Source: Octopus sinensis (taxonomy: Eukaryota). Taken from it: a stretch of DNA of 64,000 nucleotides. The notes under the pieces are model-generated. The model was not told the origin of the DNA, did no database searches, and was given only the letters and a program-made list of their open reading frames with translations. This document shows, one piece after another, positions 50,716 through 63,936 of this stretch. The stretch covers positions 52,390,001 through 52,454,000 of the forward strand of contig NC_042998.1 of the NCBI RefSeq assembly GCF_006345805.1. The letters are read 5' to 3'. Position numbers and translations under genes: made by a program. Position 1 is the stretch's first letter. The number at the start of each line of letters is the position of its first letter.

Positions 50716-53489
50716 GAATCAGGCATCACTACAGAATGTTTTTGCTTATAAGTTTGTTCAATCAGGGCTTACATGTGTTAAACAACAATAACAACAGCAA
50801 CAACAACAGCAGCAACAGCACCAACAAGGATCAGATAAAAAGTAACTCAACATTGACAGTTTTTACACTTTCTTCTCCTATTGGGCAACAAGTTATTGTG
50901 AGAATCTCAATGCAGTTGCTGAGCCTGTCACAAATAACAACCAGATTTCCCTACAAGCCAAACTCCATCATCTTAAGATAAGGAAGGACATAGCTGGCAA
51001 TTTATTTCAGTGTGCTTCTTAAAGGATGGGATGGCCACAAAAAGAATGTCTTTGTCCAAAGGTCTACTCAATCAATGTTTAAGACCTGAGGCCAAACAAC
51101 AACAGCTATTAGGCAACTGTTTTATATTTCATGGCTCTCAACATCTTTTGTAATACTATTTTCTAGTTTTATTTTTTATTATTACATTTTCATTTACTAC
51201 ACTGTACTGAATAGGATTGCATTATCTTTTGTAGAGAAATTTCAATATTTTCCATTGAATTCTAGGAGTGTTTTGATGTCTAAATTTCTTCCTAAGGCTA
51301 AAATATTTTAAACGATTTTTCTTGAATAGTCAATAGAGGAGTGCTTTTTTAAATCTCAATATTTATCTTTCTTCATTTCTTTGCAGCCTTCTAGTGAGTT
51401 TTGAATAGCAGCAAAAATGAACGTTTTAGTTATTAAGAAAAGCAAACAGGACTTTCCTGTCATCTGGGAAGCAGCTATGTTTATTTTTCAGAAAAGGCAT
51501 ATTTAGGTATTTCATACAGTTTGCCCAATGTAAACCATGGACTCACAAGAGATGTAGTAGAGTCACAGGCAGATTAATGTCAAAGAATGAATATACCACA
51601 AGTGACAGATGCACAGGGGTGGTCGGCATTCAGAGCACCTGTAAAATAAATTCATTCAAATACTCGAAATATTTCAAATACTTGAAAGGATCATTTGAAG
51701 TTAAAAAGGTAAGGTAAAAACACACTTCAGTCTTGAATGACCATGGGATTTCACCTAGAAAGTTACCCTCTGTGGCACAAGTCTGGGCAAGGTTGTTTAT
51801 GGAAGACTAGTAGTTGCCCATACATACTAGTCTCCCCTCTTCACATCACCAATGTTATCCAAGGGAAAGGCAAAGGTTGATACTGCTTGGCACCAGTGAC
51901 GTTGCAACTCATATCTACAACTGAGTGAACTGGAGCAACATGCAAGAAAGTGTCTTGCTCAAGAACTCAATGCACAGCCCAGTCTCAGAATCAAATTTAC
52001 TATCTCATGATTGTGAGCCTGACGCCTTCACTCCTTAGAATTAGTCAGTAACTTATATGACTTATGTAACCTCATTAACAGTAGAGGTGAGTGCTCTGAA
52101 AGCTAAGTAACCAGAACTTGACTGGCATGAAGGAAAGAAATGAAGCAAGCAGGCTCAGTGAGGTTACTGATCCTCACAAAGGAGATAAGAGAGGACGAAA
52201 ACAAGTGGTCTGACACTCTACTGGGAAGGAAATCATTATTTGCATTGTGTACACTGATATCTGAAATGATGCTATACATATTTATTCTTAACATGCTCCT
52301 GCATATTTGAACATAAATATGCTAGTCACTGTTGTGTATGTCACTGGAGAAAAACTTCTCCCTTTCATGATGACAGGTTTTTTCATAATACACTTAGCGC
52401 ATTGAGGCAAGGGATTCTGGGACAATATGTTTTGACATGTTGTGTCTTGTCAATAAGAAACACCTGGTTCTACTGGAAATGACCCATCAAACTCATGCAA
52501 ACATGAAAAAAAACAGATGATGATGATGACGACAGCGGCGGTGGCAGCGGTGGCGATGGCAGTGGTGGCAGTGGTGGGGTAATGGCGGTACAGTATACTG
52601 GAGAACTAATTTTTCCTCTTGAAATACATAATATTTTACATATGTTGTCTTCATAGACTTCTGGCCTTTTTGTACTGGGTGAGTGATAGGGGCAGTCTGC
52701 TATACTCTTTCATGATCATTTCCAGTAGATTTACTAAAAATATCTATTTTTGCTTCGGCTCATTTAAGAATGGAAGATTACCTTGCAAAACAGTAACCAA
52801 CCTACTGTTAATTGAATTAGGTAGGCCTAAAGCATTAACTTTTAAGTTTAAAATAGATTAACATTATTATTAGCACCTTAATAATTTTGTAGCATATAAT
52901 ATAACACTACAAACTAATAAGAGAACCCCTACATAATTTATTGATTTGCTAGAAATATGAGTAAAAATCTCCCTTAACACTTCAGCATCTAAACTGACCA
53001 TACGAAGCCCGTATATTCTACCTGTTTTATATTCAAACTGGCCAGATCTGCTTTTACCCCTACCCTATAAAGTAATTCTAAAAATACACAATCATAAACC
53101 ATTACATCATGGTAATCTCAAATCTATGAGAAAATGCATGATCAATCCAAAGCAAAGTGAATTAATAAAACATAAATTTGATAAAATAATCTGAATGCTG
53201 AAGGGTTAAACCAGCCATATCTGGCCAAAATGTTAAAATTGGTCGTGTCTGGTCCAGCCAGATTCAGCCTCTTACACCAACCCTCAAAAGTCATTCTAAA
53301 AATACACAAATTACATCATGGAAACCTCGAAGTGATGAGACCATACAGGATTAATCCAAACCAATGTGAAAAAAATAAAACATAAATTTGACAGAGTAAT
53401 CCAAATACTAAAGTATTAAACCAGCTATATCAGCATTATTTACATTATTTACATTTGACAGATATTTGTCCTCATCTTGTTTGTTGTTA

Positions 53490-53533
53490 ACACAATGTTT
53501 CAGCAGATATACTCTCCTGCTTTCATCAGGTGT
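53490..53533 (-). ncRNA. Degenerate minimal hammerhead motif (family 4)
   Basis: ACAC-CUGAUGA-A-AGCAG-GAGAGUAUAU-CUGCU-GAAAC-AUU-GUGU; stems I and II pair; stem III would be ACGU with one G-to-A change. Confidence 0.5.
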
Positions 53534-53583
53534 CTTGGGTAAATTTCAAACCTGGGTTCTCATTCCTAAGCTATTTTTCAATG

Positions 53584-54644
53584 TTATTATTATTATTATT
53601 ATTATTACTATTGAGTGAGAGAGTAATGCATGCCATCAAAGTGACACTGGGGTGAAATATACAAAGCCCAGTATACCCATCATGACTACCCGTCTGATAT
53701 GAGTATACCAGGCACATGCATCACAACCATATGTGCGCAACATGGTGATCTCATATCAAGATTAACAGCACATGACCTTGCAGGTGGGGCCCAGTTAGAA
53801 TTTTCTTCAGGTTGAGTAGCCCATCCCACTCAAAAGGTCCTTGAATAAGGATTGTTTAAGGATGTTGAACAAACCACCCAAGTTTCCAAAGGTGAATTAT
53901 TCAAACCTCCAAGAATTCCTTTCAACACACGGCTATGATGCTCCCCCACTACTTCTGCACATGGTCAAAGATGCACATATCGTCAGCCACTAAGGGACAT
54001 GCTCAACTGGTTATGGTCAAACAAACGACATGTAAATCTGTGGTATTGAGCAGAATATTTGCTGTAGCCCATCAAAACAATGTACATGATAACACTTCCA
54101 ATTAGTTAAGATCAGAAGCCATGAGAGCCACTGTCTGGTACTGCATCAGGGCATTTATTATTATTATTATCATTATTATTATTGAGTGAGAGAGCATTTC
54201 ATGCCATCAAAGTGACACTGGGGTAAAATATACGAAACCCAATATACCCATCATGACTACCCGTCTGATAAAGGTACACCAGGCACATGCATCACAACCA
54301 TATGTGCGCGACATGGTGATCTCATATCAAGATAAACAGCACATGACCTTGCAGGTGGGGCCCAGTTAGAATTTTCTTCAGGTTGAGTAGCCCATCCCAC
54401 TCAAATGGTCCCTGAATAAGGGTTGTTTAAGGATGTTGAAAGAACCACCCATGTTTCCAGAGGTGAACTATTCAAACCCCAAAGAATCCTTCTCAACACA
54501 TGGCTATGATGCTCCCCCACTACTTCTGCTCGTGATCAGAGATGCACATATCGTCAGCCACTAAGGGACATGCTCAACTGGTTAAGGTCAAACAACTGAC
54601 AAGCAAATCTGTGGTATTGAGCAGAATATTTGCTGTAGCTCATC

Positions 54645-54650
<6 letters not shown>
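53584..54650 (-). mobile_element. Two tandem copies of an unclassified ~500-570-bp retroposon with (TAA)n tail
   Basis: Bodies 53611-54154 and 54181-54650, each preceded on + by (TTA)n; high mutual identity. Confidence 0.7.
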
Positions 54651-54697
<47 letters not shown>

Positions 54698-55769
54698 TCA
54701 CTGCCTGGAATCGAACTTGGAATTTTGGGGTTACTAGCATGCACTCGTAACCACTACACCATATACCCATTGTTGAAATATTCTACCTTTTAATGTTAAA
54801 ACTGATAATATCTGATCCAAATACTCTACCTATTTTACATTCAAGCCAGCCAAATTTAGACTCTCATACCTATCCTAAATGTGATTCTAAAACAAACAAA
54901 AAAATTTTTTTTAATCACCTCATAGAAATACCAAAGCTACAAGATAATGCATGATCAATCCAAAACAATGTGAATAAATAAAGCATAAATTTGAATGAGT
55001 AATTTGAAAGCCAAATAGTTAAGTCAGCTATATCTGGCCAAAAATATTCTAACTTTTAATGTTAAAACTGGTCGCATCTGGTTCAAAAATTCAATTAGTT
55101 TTATGTTCAGGCCAGCTAGATCCAGCCTCTCACACCAGTCCTACAATATCATTCTAAAAATACTCAATTACATAGAGGAAATCACAAAGTCATGAGATAA
55201 TACACGATTAATATAAAACAATGAGAATAAAACATAAATTTGACAGAGTAATCTAAAAGTGAAAAAGCTAAATCATATTCTACCATTTTCAAAAAGTGAG
55301 AAACACTAGGTATAAGGTGGGTGAGTGAGAAGCTTGTTTTGTAATGACTGTGGTTCTGGATTTGATCCAACAGTGAAGCATCCTCTATCATAACCTAAGG
55401 TTGATAAATGCCATCTTATAAAAGGGGTTTGGTAAATGGAAGCTGTGCAAAATTACTTTCAGTGTATATTTTGGCGCTCTATGTTCCAAATACAAATCTT
55501 GTTTTCTGTCATTAGGAAAAAAAAAAATTAACTGATACTTCAGAACCTGGCAAATATAGTGATGGTCTTGCAAAGTCCTTAAGTAAATACACATGTAGTT
55601 CAGCTGATCACTCTTGATGCTAACACATAAGCTGGCTGGAAAAATGGAAGGGATTTTTTCTGTTTTTGTGCAGTCAATGAATAAAAACAACACACACACA
55701 CACACATACACACCACACACTTACATATATGTATACATACATTTATATATGTATGTGTTTATATATGTA

Positions 55770-55847
<78 letters not shown>

Positions 55848-56116
55848 TTAGCAATTAAGGACAACTACTTAATAAGGAAAACTTAACAAGAAATTGTCAG
55901 GTAGATAGCGTAAAAACCTCATAAGAGAAAAAATTTCGAAAATAATTTTCTTATTGAACATATTAATTTATATATAGAGGGCATTATACATACATGCCAG
56001 GAGGCATTCTACATACACGCCATACGCTAAGAGGGACAATCAGTCATTTCTACCAAAAATATTACTAATCCCACCGAATGCAATTTTTCAAAGAAAGACA
56101 TTTAAAAATATATAGA

Positions 56117-56158
56117 CCTGTATCACAGTGATTTCATACTTACGTAATCATCAGCAGG
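56117..56158 (-). ncRNA. Minimal type-I hammerhead motif (family 3)
   Basis: CCUG-CUGAUGA-UUAC-GUAA-GUAU-GAAA-UCAC-U-GUGAUA-CAGG: stem I CCUG/CAGG, stem II UAC/GUA, near-palindromic stem III AUCAC-U-GUGAU, triplet AUA. Confidence 0.72.
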
Positions 56159-56803
56159 CCTGAATATACTATAAATAAACAAACGACCCGCTTCGCTTAA
56201 GCCGATCAGCTAACTGATCAACATCAGCGAAGCACAATGGTTGAATTTTATATATACTATATCGGATGAATGGCAAACTTTTACGAATTGCATTTCGGGA
56301 GAGGAAAAGTTTTTTCGGAATAAAAATTTAGCAATTAAGGACAACTACTTAATAAGGAAAACTTAACAAGAATTGTCAGGTAGATAGCGTAAAAACCTCA
56401 TAAGAGAAAAAATTTCGAAAAAAATTATTTCTTATTGAACATATTAATTTATATATAGAGGGCATATACATACATGCCAGGAGGCATTCTACATACACGC
56501 CATACGCTAAGAGGGACAATCAGTCATTTCTACCAAAAATATTACGAAATTTTTTCTCTTATGAGGTTTTTACGCTATCTACCTGACAATTTCTTGTTAA
56601 GTTTTCCTTATTAAGTAGTTGTCCTTAATTGCTAAATTTTTATTCCGAAAAAACTTCCTCTCCCGAAATGCAATTCGTAAAAGTTTGCCATTCATCCGGA
56701 TATAGTATATATAATTCAACCATGTGCTTCGTTGATGTTGATCAGTTAGCTGATCAGCTTAAGCGAAGCGGGGTCGTTTTATTTCTTGTATATTATATTC
56801 AGG

Positions 56804-56840
56804 CTGCTGATGATTACAAGTATGAAATCACTGGATACAG
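56804..56840 (+). ncRNA. Inverted copy of hammerhead family 3 with small deletions
   Basis: CUG-CUGAUGA-UUAC-AA-GUAU-GAAA-UC-ACUG-GAUA-CAG. Confidence 0.55.
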
Positions 56841-57013
56841 TCTATATATTTTAAATGTCTTCCTTTGAAAAATTGCATTCGTGGGATTAGTAATATTTTT
56901 TGGTAGAATGACTGATTGTCCCTCTTAGCGTATGGCGTGTATGTAGAATGCCTCCTGGCATGTATGTAAATGCCCTCTATATATAATATATATATATATA
57001 TATATAATATATT

Positions 57014-57061
<48 letters not shown>

Positions 57062-57328
57062 GTATCAAAATCATGAGGATATTCAATTGGCAGCTGATGA
57101 TGGAAATTTCCACTGATGTAAAGTGTATTTTCTATTCTCCCATTAAATAACCATGCTTGTTGTCACTATTCCATTTCAATTGTCCCAATTTCATATTTAT
57201 TTAATTAATTATTTTTATTGTTCATTGTTATGGTATATGAATAAAAGGTCAATCAGATCTTGTACAAAGAGATACTATTTTTCTAAGTAGTTGTCTTAAC
57301 ATACTTAACCCAGTTACATAGTTACAAC

Positions 57329-57539
57329 CGGTGCTGGATTTACCACTGTGCTTAAGTGTGCATAAGCACAGGGCCCCGTTATCCAAAGGGGCCCCTCTTC
57401 CTGCCCACCCAATTTTTTTATGGTGAATTTTTCAAATGCCAAATGTTCAAATAAGGGGCTTCAAATGTCAAACATTCCTAGTAAAGGAGCTCATAACTTA
57501 ACTAAGCACTGGGCCTCATTTGTCCTAAATCCAACACTG
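57329..57539. mobile_element. hAT MITE with perfect 8-bp TSD
   Basis: CGGTGCTGGATTTA..TAAATCCAACACTG; GTTACAAC at 57321-57328 and 57540-57547. Confidence 0.8.
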
Positions 57540-57716
57540 GTTACAACCATGGTGAGAAGAAAGAAGCATTAGCTTATAAATTCTGGTCAAGAAATTCAAG
57601 AGTGAGACTGATCTTGGCAATATAGTGAGAACTTCAGATATGTTTCAGTCTTATTGGATCTCATTAGTACTGGATAATTTTACTAGCATTTAAGCTGCTT
57701 TTGACAAGAACTTGGG

Positions 57717-58105
57717 ATTGTATCCCTCCTCCTTTAAATTTCATTTCAAGAAAATATTTCATGAAAATATTTCTTTTTCTTCAAATTGGCCATTAAATAC
57801 AATAAGGGTATTAATATTGATATTGTAAGGTGGCAAGCTTACAGAATCATTAGCTTGCTGGGTAATATGTTTAGTGGCATTTCATCTGTCTTTATGTTCT
57901 GAGTTCAAATTCTGCTGAAGTTGACTTTGCTTTTCATCCTTTTGGGGGTCTATAAAATAAGTACCAATTGAGAACTGGGGGTCAATGTAATCGACTTAAC
58001 ATCACCCCAAAATTGCTGCCTTATTTCTTAACAGTCAAGGAAGACATACTGGCAAAATGATATCTTATTATTATTATTTTTAGTAGCAGCAGTAGTAGTA
58101 GTTGT

Positions 58106-58150
<45 letters not shown>

Positions 58151-58153
58151 TGT

Positions 58154-58184
<31 letters not shown>

Positions 58185-58933
58185 TATAACTCTTATAGTG
58201 TGAAGACATCGCTTTGTTTTTCTCTTTGAAACTCGATTTATTCAAGTATTAAAAGAGTACAATTGCCAAAGGAAGGCTTTTCCTCATACTTGAAGATAGA
58301 CAAAAAAAAAAAATTCTGTTTCAAAAACTTCTAATATTTTATTTCCACAAATTGTATCCCTCCTCCTTTAAATTTCATTTCAGGAAAATATTTCATGAAA
58401 ATATTTCTTTTTCTTCAAATTGGCCATTAAATGCAATAAGGGTATTAATATTGATATTGTAAGGTGGCAAGCTGACAGAATCATTAGCTTGCTGGGTAAT
58501 ATGCTTAGTGGCATTTCATCTGTCTTTGTGTTCTGAGTTCAAATTCTACTGAGGTTGACTTTGCTTTTCATCCTTTTGGAGATCTATAAAATAAGTACCA
58601 GTTGAGAACTGGAGGTCAATGTAATCGACTTACCATCACCCCAAAATTGCTGCTTTATTTCTTAACAGTCAAGGAAGACATACTGGCAAAATGATATCTT
58701 ATTATTATTATTTTTAGTAGCAGCAGTAGTAGTAGTTGTAGCAGCAGCAGCAGCAGTAGTAGTAGTATATAACTCTCATAGTGTGAAGACATCGTTTTGT
58801 TTTTCTCTTTGAAACTCGATTTATTCAAGTATTAAAAGAGTACAATTGCCAAAGGAAGGCTTTTCCTCATACTTGAAGATAGACAAAAGAAAAAAAATTC
58901 TGTTTCAAAAACTTCTAATATTTTATTTCCACA
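57717..58933. repeat. Near-identical tandem duplication (copies start at 57717 and 58351)
   Basis: Unique sequence, a SINE A copy and an (AGC/AGT)n tract are all duplicated; second copy about 50 bp shorter in the triplet tract. Confidence 0.9.
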
Positions 58934-59898
58934 TATTACAATTTCACATCAAAGATGGCTACACTCACAATGAAACACTAAAATAACAAACACATACACA
59001 CACATGCATGCATACTAAAAAAATAAAAGACACACAACTGAATGTAAAAAAAAAAAAAAGAAGCAAATGAACAGTTTAGAGAACAATTAATGGTAGAAAA
59101 ATGCCCCATATGCACAAATATGTAATCTTGAAAATGGCAACGTTGATATGAACAATAGTAGAAGCAACACTTTCAGAATATCAAATAGTGCAATTCACTC
59201 ATGAGTAATTGGGTGAAGGCAAACCTTTTAATACAACTGCTTCTCAACTGTATGGTTCTAGGTTTGATTGTTCCATTCTGTGACACCTTGGAGAAGTGTC
59301 ATCTTTTATAGCCCCAGGCCAACCAAAACCTTGTGAGTGGATTTGATAGCTGGAAACTAAAAGAAGACTATTGTAACTCATCATCATCATTTAATGTCTG
59401 TTTTCCATGCTGGCATGGGTTGAACGACTTGACAAGAACTTGTGAGGCCAAGGTTCGATAGTCTGTTTTGGCTTGATTTTTATGGCTTGATGCCCTACCT
59501 GATGTTCATATATGTGTTTGTTTTCCCATCACCACTTGACAACTGGTATTGGTGGGTTTACGTCTCCTTAACTTAGTGAGAGACTGATAGATTAAGTACC
59601 AGGCTTACAAAATATTAGTCCTGAGGTTGATTTCTTTGACTAAAAACCCCTTAAGAATAAAAGAATAAAAGAATATATATATATTCTTTTATTCTTTTAT
59701 TCTTTTACTTGTTTCAGTCATTTGACTGTGGCCATGCTAGAGCACCTAAAGGGTTTTTTAGTCCAAGAAACCAACTTCAGGTCTTATACTTTGTAAGCCT
59801 GATGCTTAATCTATCGGTCTCTCACTAAGTTATGGAGATGTAAACACACTAATACCAGTTATCAAGTGGTGATGGGGGAACAAGCACAAAGACACACA

Positions 59899-59929
<31 letters not shown>

Positions 59930-60989
59930 CACGATGAACTTCTTTCAGTTTCCATCCACCAAATTCACTCACAAGGTGACACACAGTGGGACTGAACCCA
60001 GAACCAAATGGTTGGGAAGAAAGCTTCTTACCAATCAGCCACGCCTATATATGTGTGTGTATATATCACGTGATCACGTGACCGACCAGGCTACCAGATA
60101 TTGCTACAAATCACTGGTCACAATATGCTTTGCATTGTTTTAGCCTTCAAATGACACCACCCCACTGGCTAAGCGAGCAGGCCAACAGAAGAAAGAGTGA
60201 GAGAAAGTTGTGGCAAAAGAGTACAGCAGGGATCACCACTGCCCTCTGCCAGAGCCTCATGGAGCTTTAGGTGTTTTTGCTCAATAAACACTCACAACGC
60301 TCTCTCTGGGAATTGTAACCATGTTCTTATGACCGCGAGTCCACTGCCCTAACCACTGGGCCATTGTGCCTCCATGTGTGTGTGTGTGTGTATACATACG
60401 TATATGTAAGCAAATTTTCAAATATGAAATAGAAGCGGCGCTAGCGAAATAAACATTATTGACCAGACATACTTAATGTAAATGTACTGTGTATCAGCTG
60501 GTTGGCTGTGATTGGTGTGGTGGATATTACTCTCTCAGCGCGCTAGGTGTTAAAACCTTGAAAGTTATGGACAGATGAAACAGCTCACTCCAAATCCCAT
60601 TCAGAAATGATGGACATTGATGTTTCACCATTTTTGTGGCTTTTGAATATCATGGAATTGGAGATAAATAGACATATATATTCTTTTTGGCAATGATGAA
60701 AATCAAAACAGAAAGGTTGTGAATAACATTGTGTAAATATTGGTTTCAAAATTTGGCACTAGGCCAGTAGTTTTAGGAGACGGGGCTAAGTTGATTAGAA
60801 CAACCACAGTACTCAACTGGTACTTACATTATTGACCCAGAAAGGATGAAAAGCAAAGTTGATCATGGCAGAATTTGAATTCAGAACTTAAAGATGGATA
60901 AATACTTTGTAGCATTTTGTCTGATATGCTAATGATTTTGCCAGCACTGCTGCCTTAATAATGATAATAATAACAATATTCACTGGGTA

Positions 60990-61445
60990 ATGTGTAAAGA
61001 CTTGGACCTGCCCCATGATAAAAAACTGGTGGGAACACAAACCACCTCCAGTGCTTGAAAATGATCACATACCAGTCCTTTGGAATTTTACTGTTCAAAC
61101 TGCAAATAAGCCAGATATTATATTGAAGGATTTCAGACAAAAGTCATGTCTCCTCGTTGATATGACTTTCCCAATTGACATAAAACTATCTGTCAAGACC
61201 TACCAAAAACTATCTGTCAAGACCTACCAAAAACTGAACAAGTATTAAGATCTTGAAATAAAAATTGGAAAAATATGGAACCTCAAAACTAAAACAATAC
61301 CTGTTGTCATAGGTGCCTTCGGGAATGATAGCAAGAGAGGCTGATTGCTACCTATCTCAGATATTAGGAAATCCAAAAATAGAAGAAATTCAATAAATAG
61401 TGCTCATGGGAACTGCTCATATCCTATGAAAATTATTGTCTATAA
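60990..61445 (+). mobile_element. Decayed 3' end of an R4/Dong-like RLE non-LTR element
   Basis: WWEHKPPPVLEND..VLWNF..ANKPDIILKD..CLLVDMTFP..KY*DLEI..WNLKTKTIPVVIGA..IVLMGTAHIL; 24-bp in-frame duplication at 61182-61229. Confidence 0.75.
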
Positions 61446-61611
61446 TCCACAAAATATTTTAATGTGTAAACATTATCAAAAGTACTTTTAAATGTACATA
61501 ATAGCAAAGACTGTTTACTGTCATCTTAAGATCACACTATAATTTTATAATCAAATTACTTTGATAAAGATGGAAGACATGTATTTTGCAATATCTCCAT
61601 AACGAGGGTAC

Positions 61612-61647
<36 letters not shown>

Positions 61648-63903
61648 GCTTGCTTACCAACCACATAGTTCCGGGTTCATTCCCACTGTGTGGCACCTTG
61701 GGCAAGTGTCTTCTACTATAGCCTCGGGCCAACCAAAGCCTTGTTAGTGGATTTGGTAGATGGAAACTGAATGAAGCCCATCGTGTGTATGTATATGTTT
61801 GTGTGTCTGTGTTTGCTGGTGTGTTTATGTCCCCGTAACTTAGCAGTTCGGCAACAGAGACTGATAGAATAAGGACTAGGCTTATAAAGAATAAGTCCTG
61901 GGGTCGATTTGCTTGACTAAAGGCAGTGCTCCAGCATGGCTACAGTCAAATGACTGAAACAAGTAAAAGAGTAAGAGAGTATATAAAAGAGAGATTCTGT
62001 CTCTTTTTCAGTTTGTTCACTAATCGAAACTAAAACCAGACACCATCTCTATGATTTTCTTTCTTCTCAATCTGTCTACTTTACCTCTCTTTCTTTCTCT
62101 TTCTCTTCCTTTCTCCCTTTCTCTTTCTCTTCCTTTCTCCCTTTCTCTCTCTCTTCTTTTCTCCCTTTCTCTCTCCCTTTCTTTCTCTCACTAAAAGAAA
62201 ACACACGCACACACACCTTTGCTAATTTCTTTCATTATTACAAAACAGATTGGATCTGTGAGTGAGTTATCCTGGCTCCAAAATAGTTTCAGTACATAAC
62301 ATTAATATGCTATTGAATAAGCTCTTCAATATGTTCTTCTAAGTACCATTAATAATATGCCATTGAATAAATTTCCACAAGTCTTCACTTATAGCTGAAC
62401 TGACAGTGTTGTTGATGATCAGGATAGTGTCAACTACCCCATCAAATTCTTTAACTCCTACAACCACCAGATACAACTCTTCATTGTCTTCAGTTGAAAA
62501 AAGAGGACTCCTATTATGCTCTTACATATTTTGTCTCAACCAAAATTATGCAGGTGGAGGTGCACTGGCCCTGTGGTTAGGGCAGCAGACTCGCGGTCGG
62601 AGGATCATGGTTTCAATCCCCAGACCGGGCATTATCTGTGTTTATTGAGCAAAAACAACTAAAAAGCTCCACAAGGCTCCGGCAGGGGATGGTGGCAACC
62701 CCTGTTGAACTCTTTCGCCACAACTTTCTCTCACTCTCTCTTCCTGTTTCTTGAGTAACACTGCGATGGACTGGCATCCCGTCCAGTTGGGGGTATCACA
62801 TACGTCACAGAAACCAGGAAACCGAGCCCATGAGCCTGGCTAGGCTTCAAAAGGGTGAATAAAATAAAAAAAATTATGCAGTGGTACAAGATTAATTGTG
62901 CACAAACTTCATTGACCCAAACAGTCTCACTGTTTGTACTAAAGGCTTATGCACCCCGAAATAAAACGAAAAACACTGTTCATAAAGAAATATTCATTCT
63001 TAAAGCAACATCAATACTTCAATAACTTCATTTACCATTACTATCATTACACTGAAGAATGAGTAAATTACCTATTTCAATGAACTGTATTATATAACTG
63101 TCATTACTGTATTGATAAATAAATTAACACATACATTTCACTTATTATTATCATGTAATAAACTGACAGAGTTTCATGTATAAAAATGATCTTTTTTTTA
63201 CTTCAAGTATTACATGTTTTTCTCTTATAAAAATATCATATTGCCATTACTGTATAGATAAATAAAATAATACATACAACTCACTTATTATTGTCATGTC
63301 ATAAACAAACACAAGTTCATGTATGATATTGATCTTTCTTCTTCTTCAATTATTACATGGTTTTCTCTTCTAAAACTGCACACATACAGGAGGAGTAAAT
63401 TATACATATAATAATACTTTCCATATGGCTCCCAATAAACAGTAAAATTATTTACTTGATCAATAACAGATTTTACTGCTAGTATATATATATATATACA
63501 CACAGCAGGAGTGGTTGTGTGCCAAGTAGCTTGTTTACCAGCCACATGGTTCCGGGTTCAGTCTCACTGCGTGGCACCTTGGGCAAGTGTCTTCTACTAT
63601 AGCCTTGGGCCGACCAAAGCCTTGTGAGTGGATTTGGTAGACGGAAACTGAAAGAAGCCCATCGTATGTATGTATGTATATATATATATATGTGTGTGTG
63701 TCTGTGTTTGTCCTCCTAGCATTGCTTGACAACCGATGCTGGTGTGTTTATGTCCCCGTAACTTAGCGGTTCGGCAAAAGAGACCGATAGAATAAGTACT
63801 GGGCTTACAAAAGAATAAGTCCCGGGGTCGAGTTGCTCGATTAAAGGCAGTGCTCCAGCATGGCCGCAGTCAAATGACTGAAACTAATAAAAGAGTAAAA
63901 GAG

Positions 63904-63936
<33 letters not shown>

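Larger units (their letters stand above)
55847..56986. repeat. 480-bp monomer element arranged a-b-c-a-b then inverted a'-c'-b', between long (TA)n tracts
   Basis: TTTAGCAATTAAGG recurs at 55847 and 56327 (period 480); orientation flips at 56545. Confidence 0.9.

Noticed and set aside
50628-50981. 117-aa plus-strand ORF
   Set aside because: Runs through an (AAC/AGC)n repeat and shows no domain; not supportable as CDS
51387-51506. Plus-strand exon-like segment with a strong acceptor
   Set aside because: All frames hit stops (the longest ends TAG at the donor); at most a UTR or non-coding exon
58021-58245. Poly-Leu ORF
   Set aside because: Reverse frame of an (AGC/AGT)n tract inside the tandem duplication
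63505-63580. tRNA-like sequences at SINE heads
   Set aside because: A/B-box-like motifs run straight into SINE bodies; I could not fold complete cloverleaves, so no tRNA genes are called
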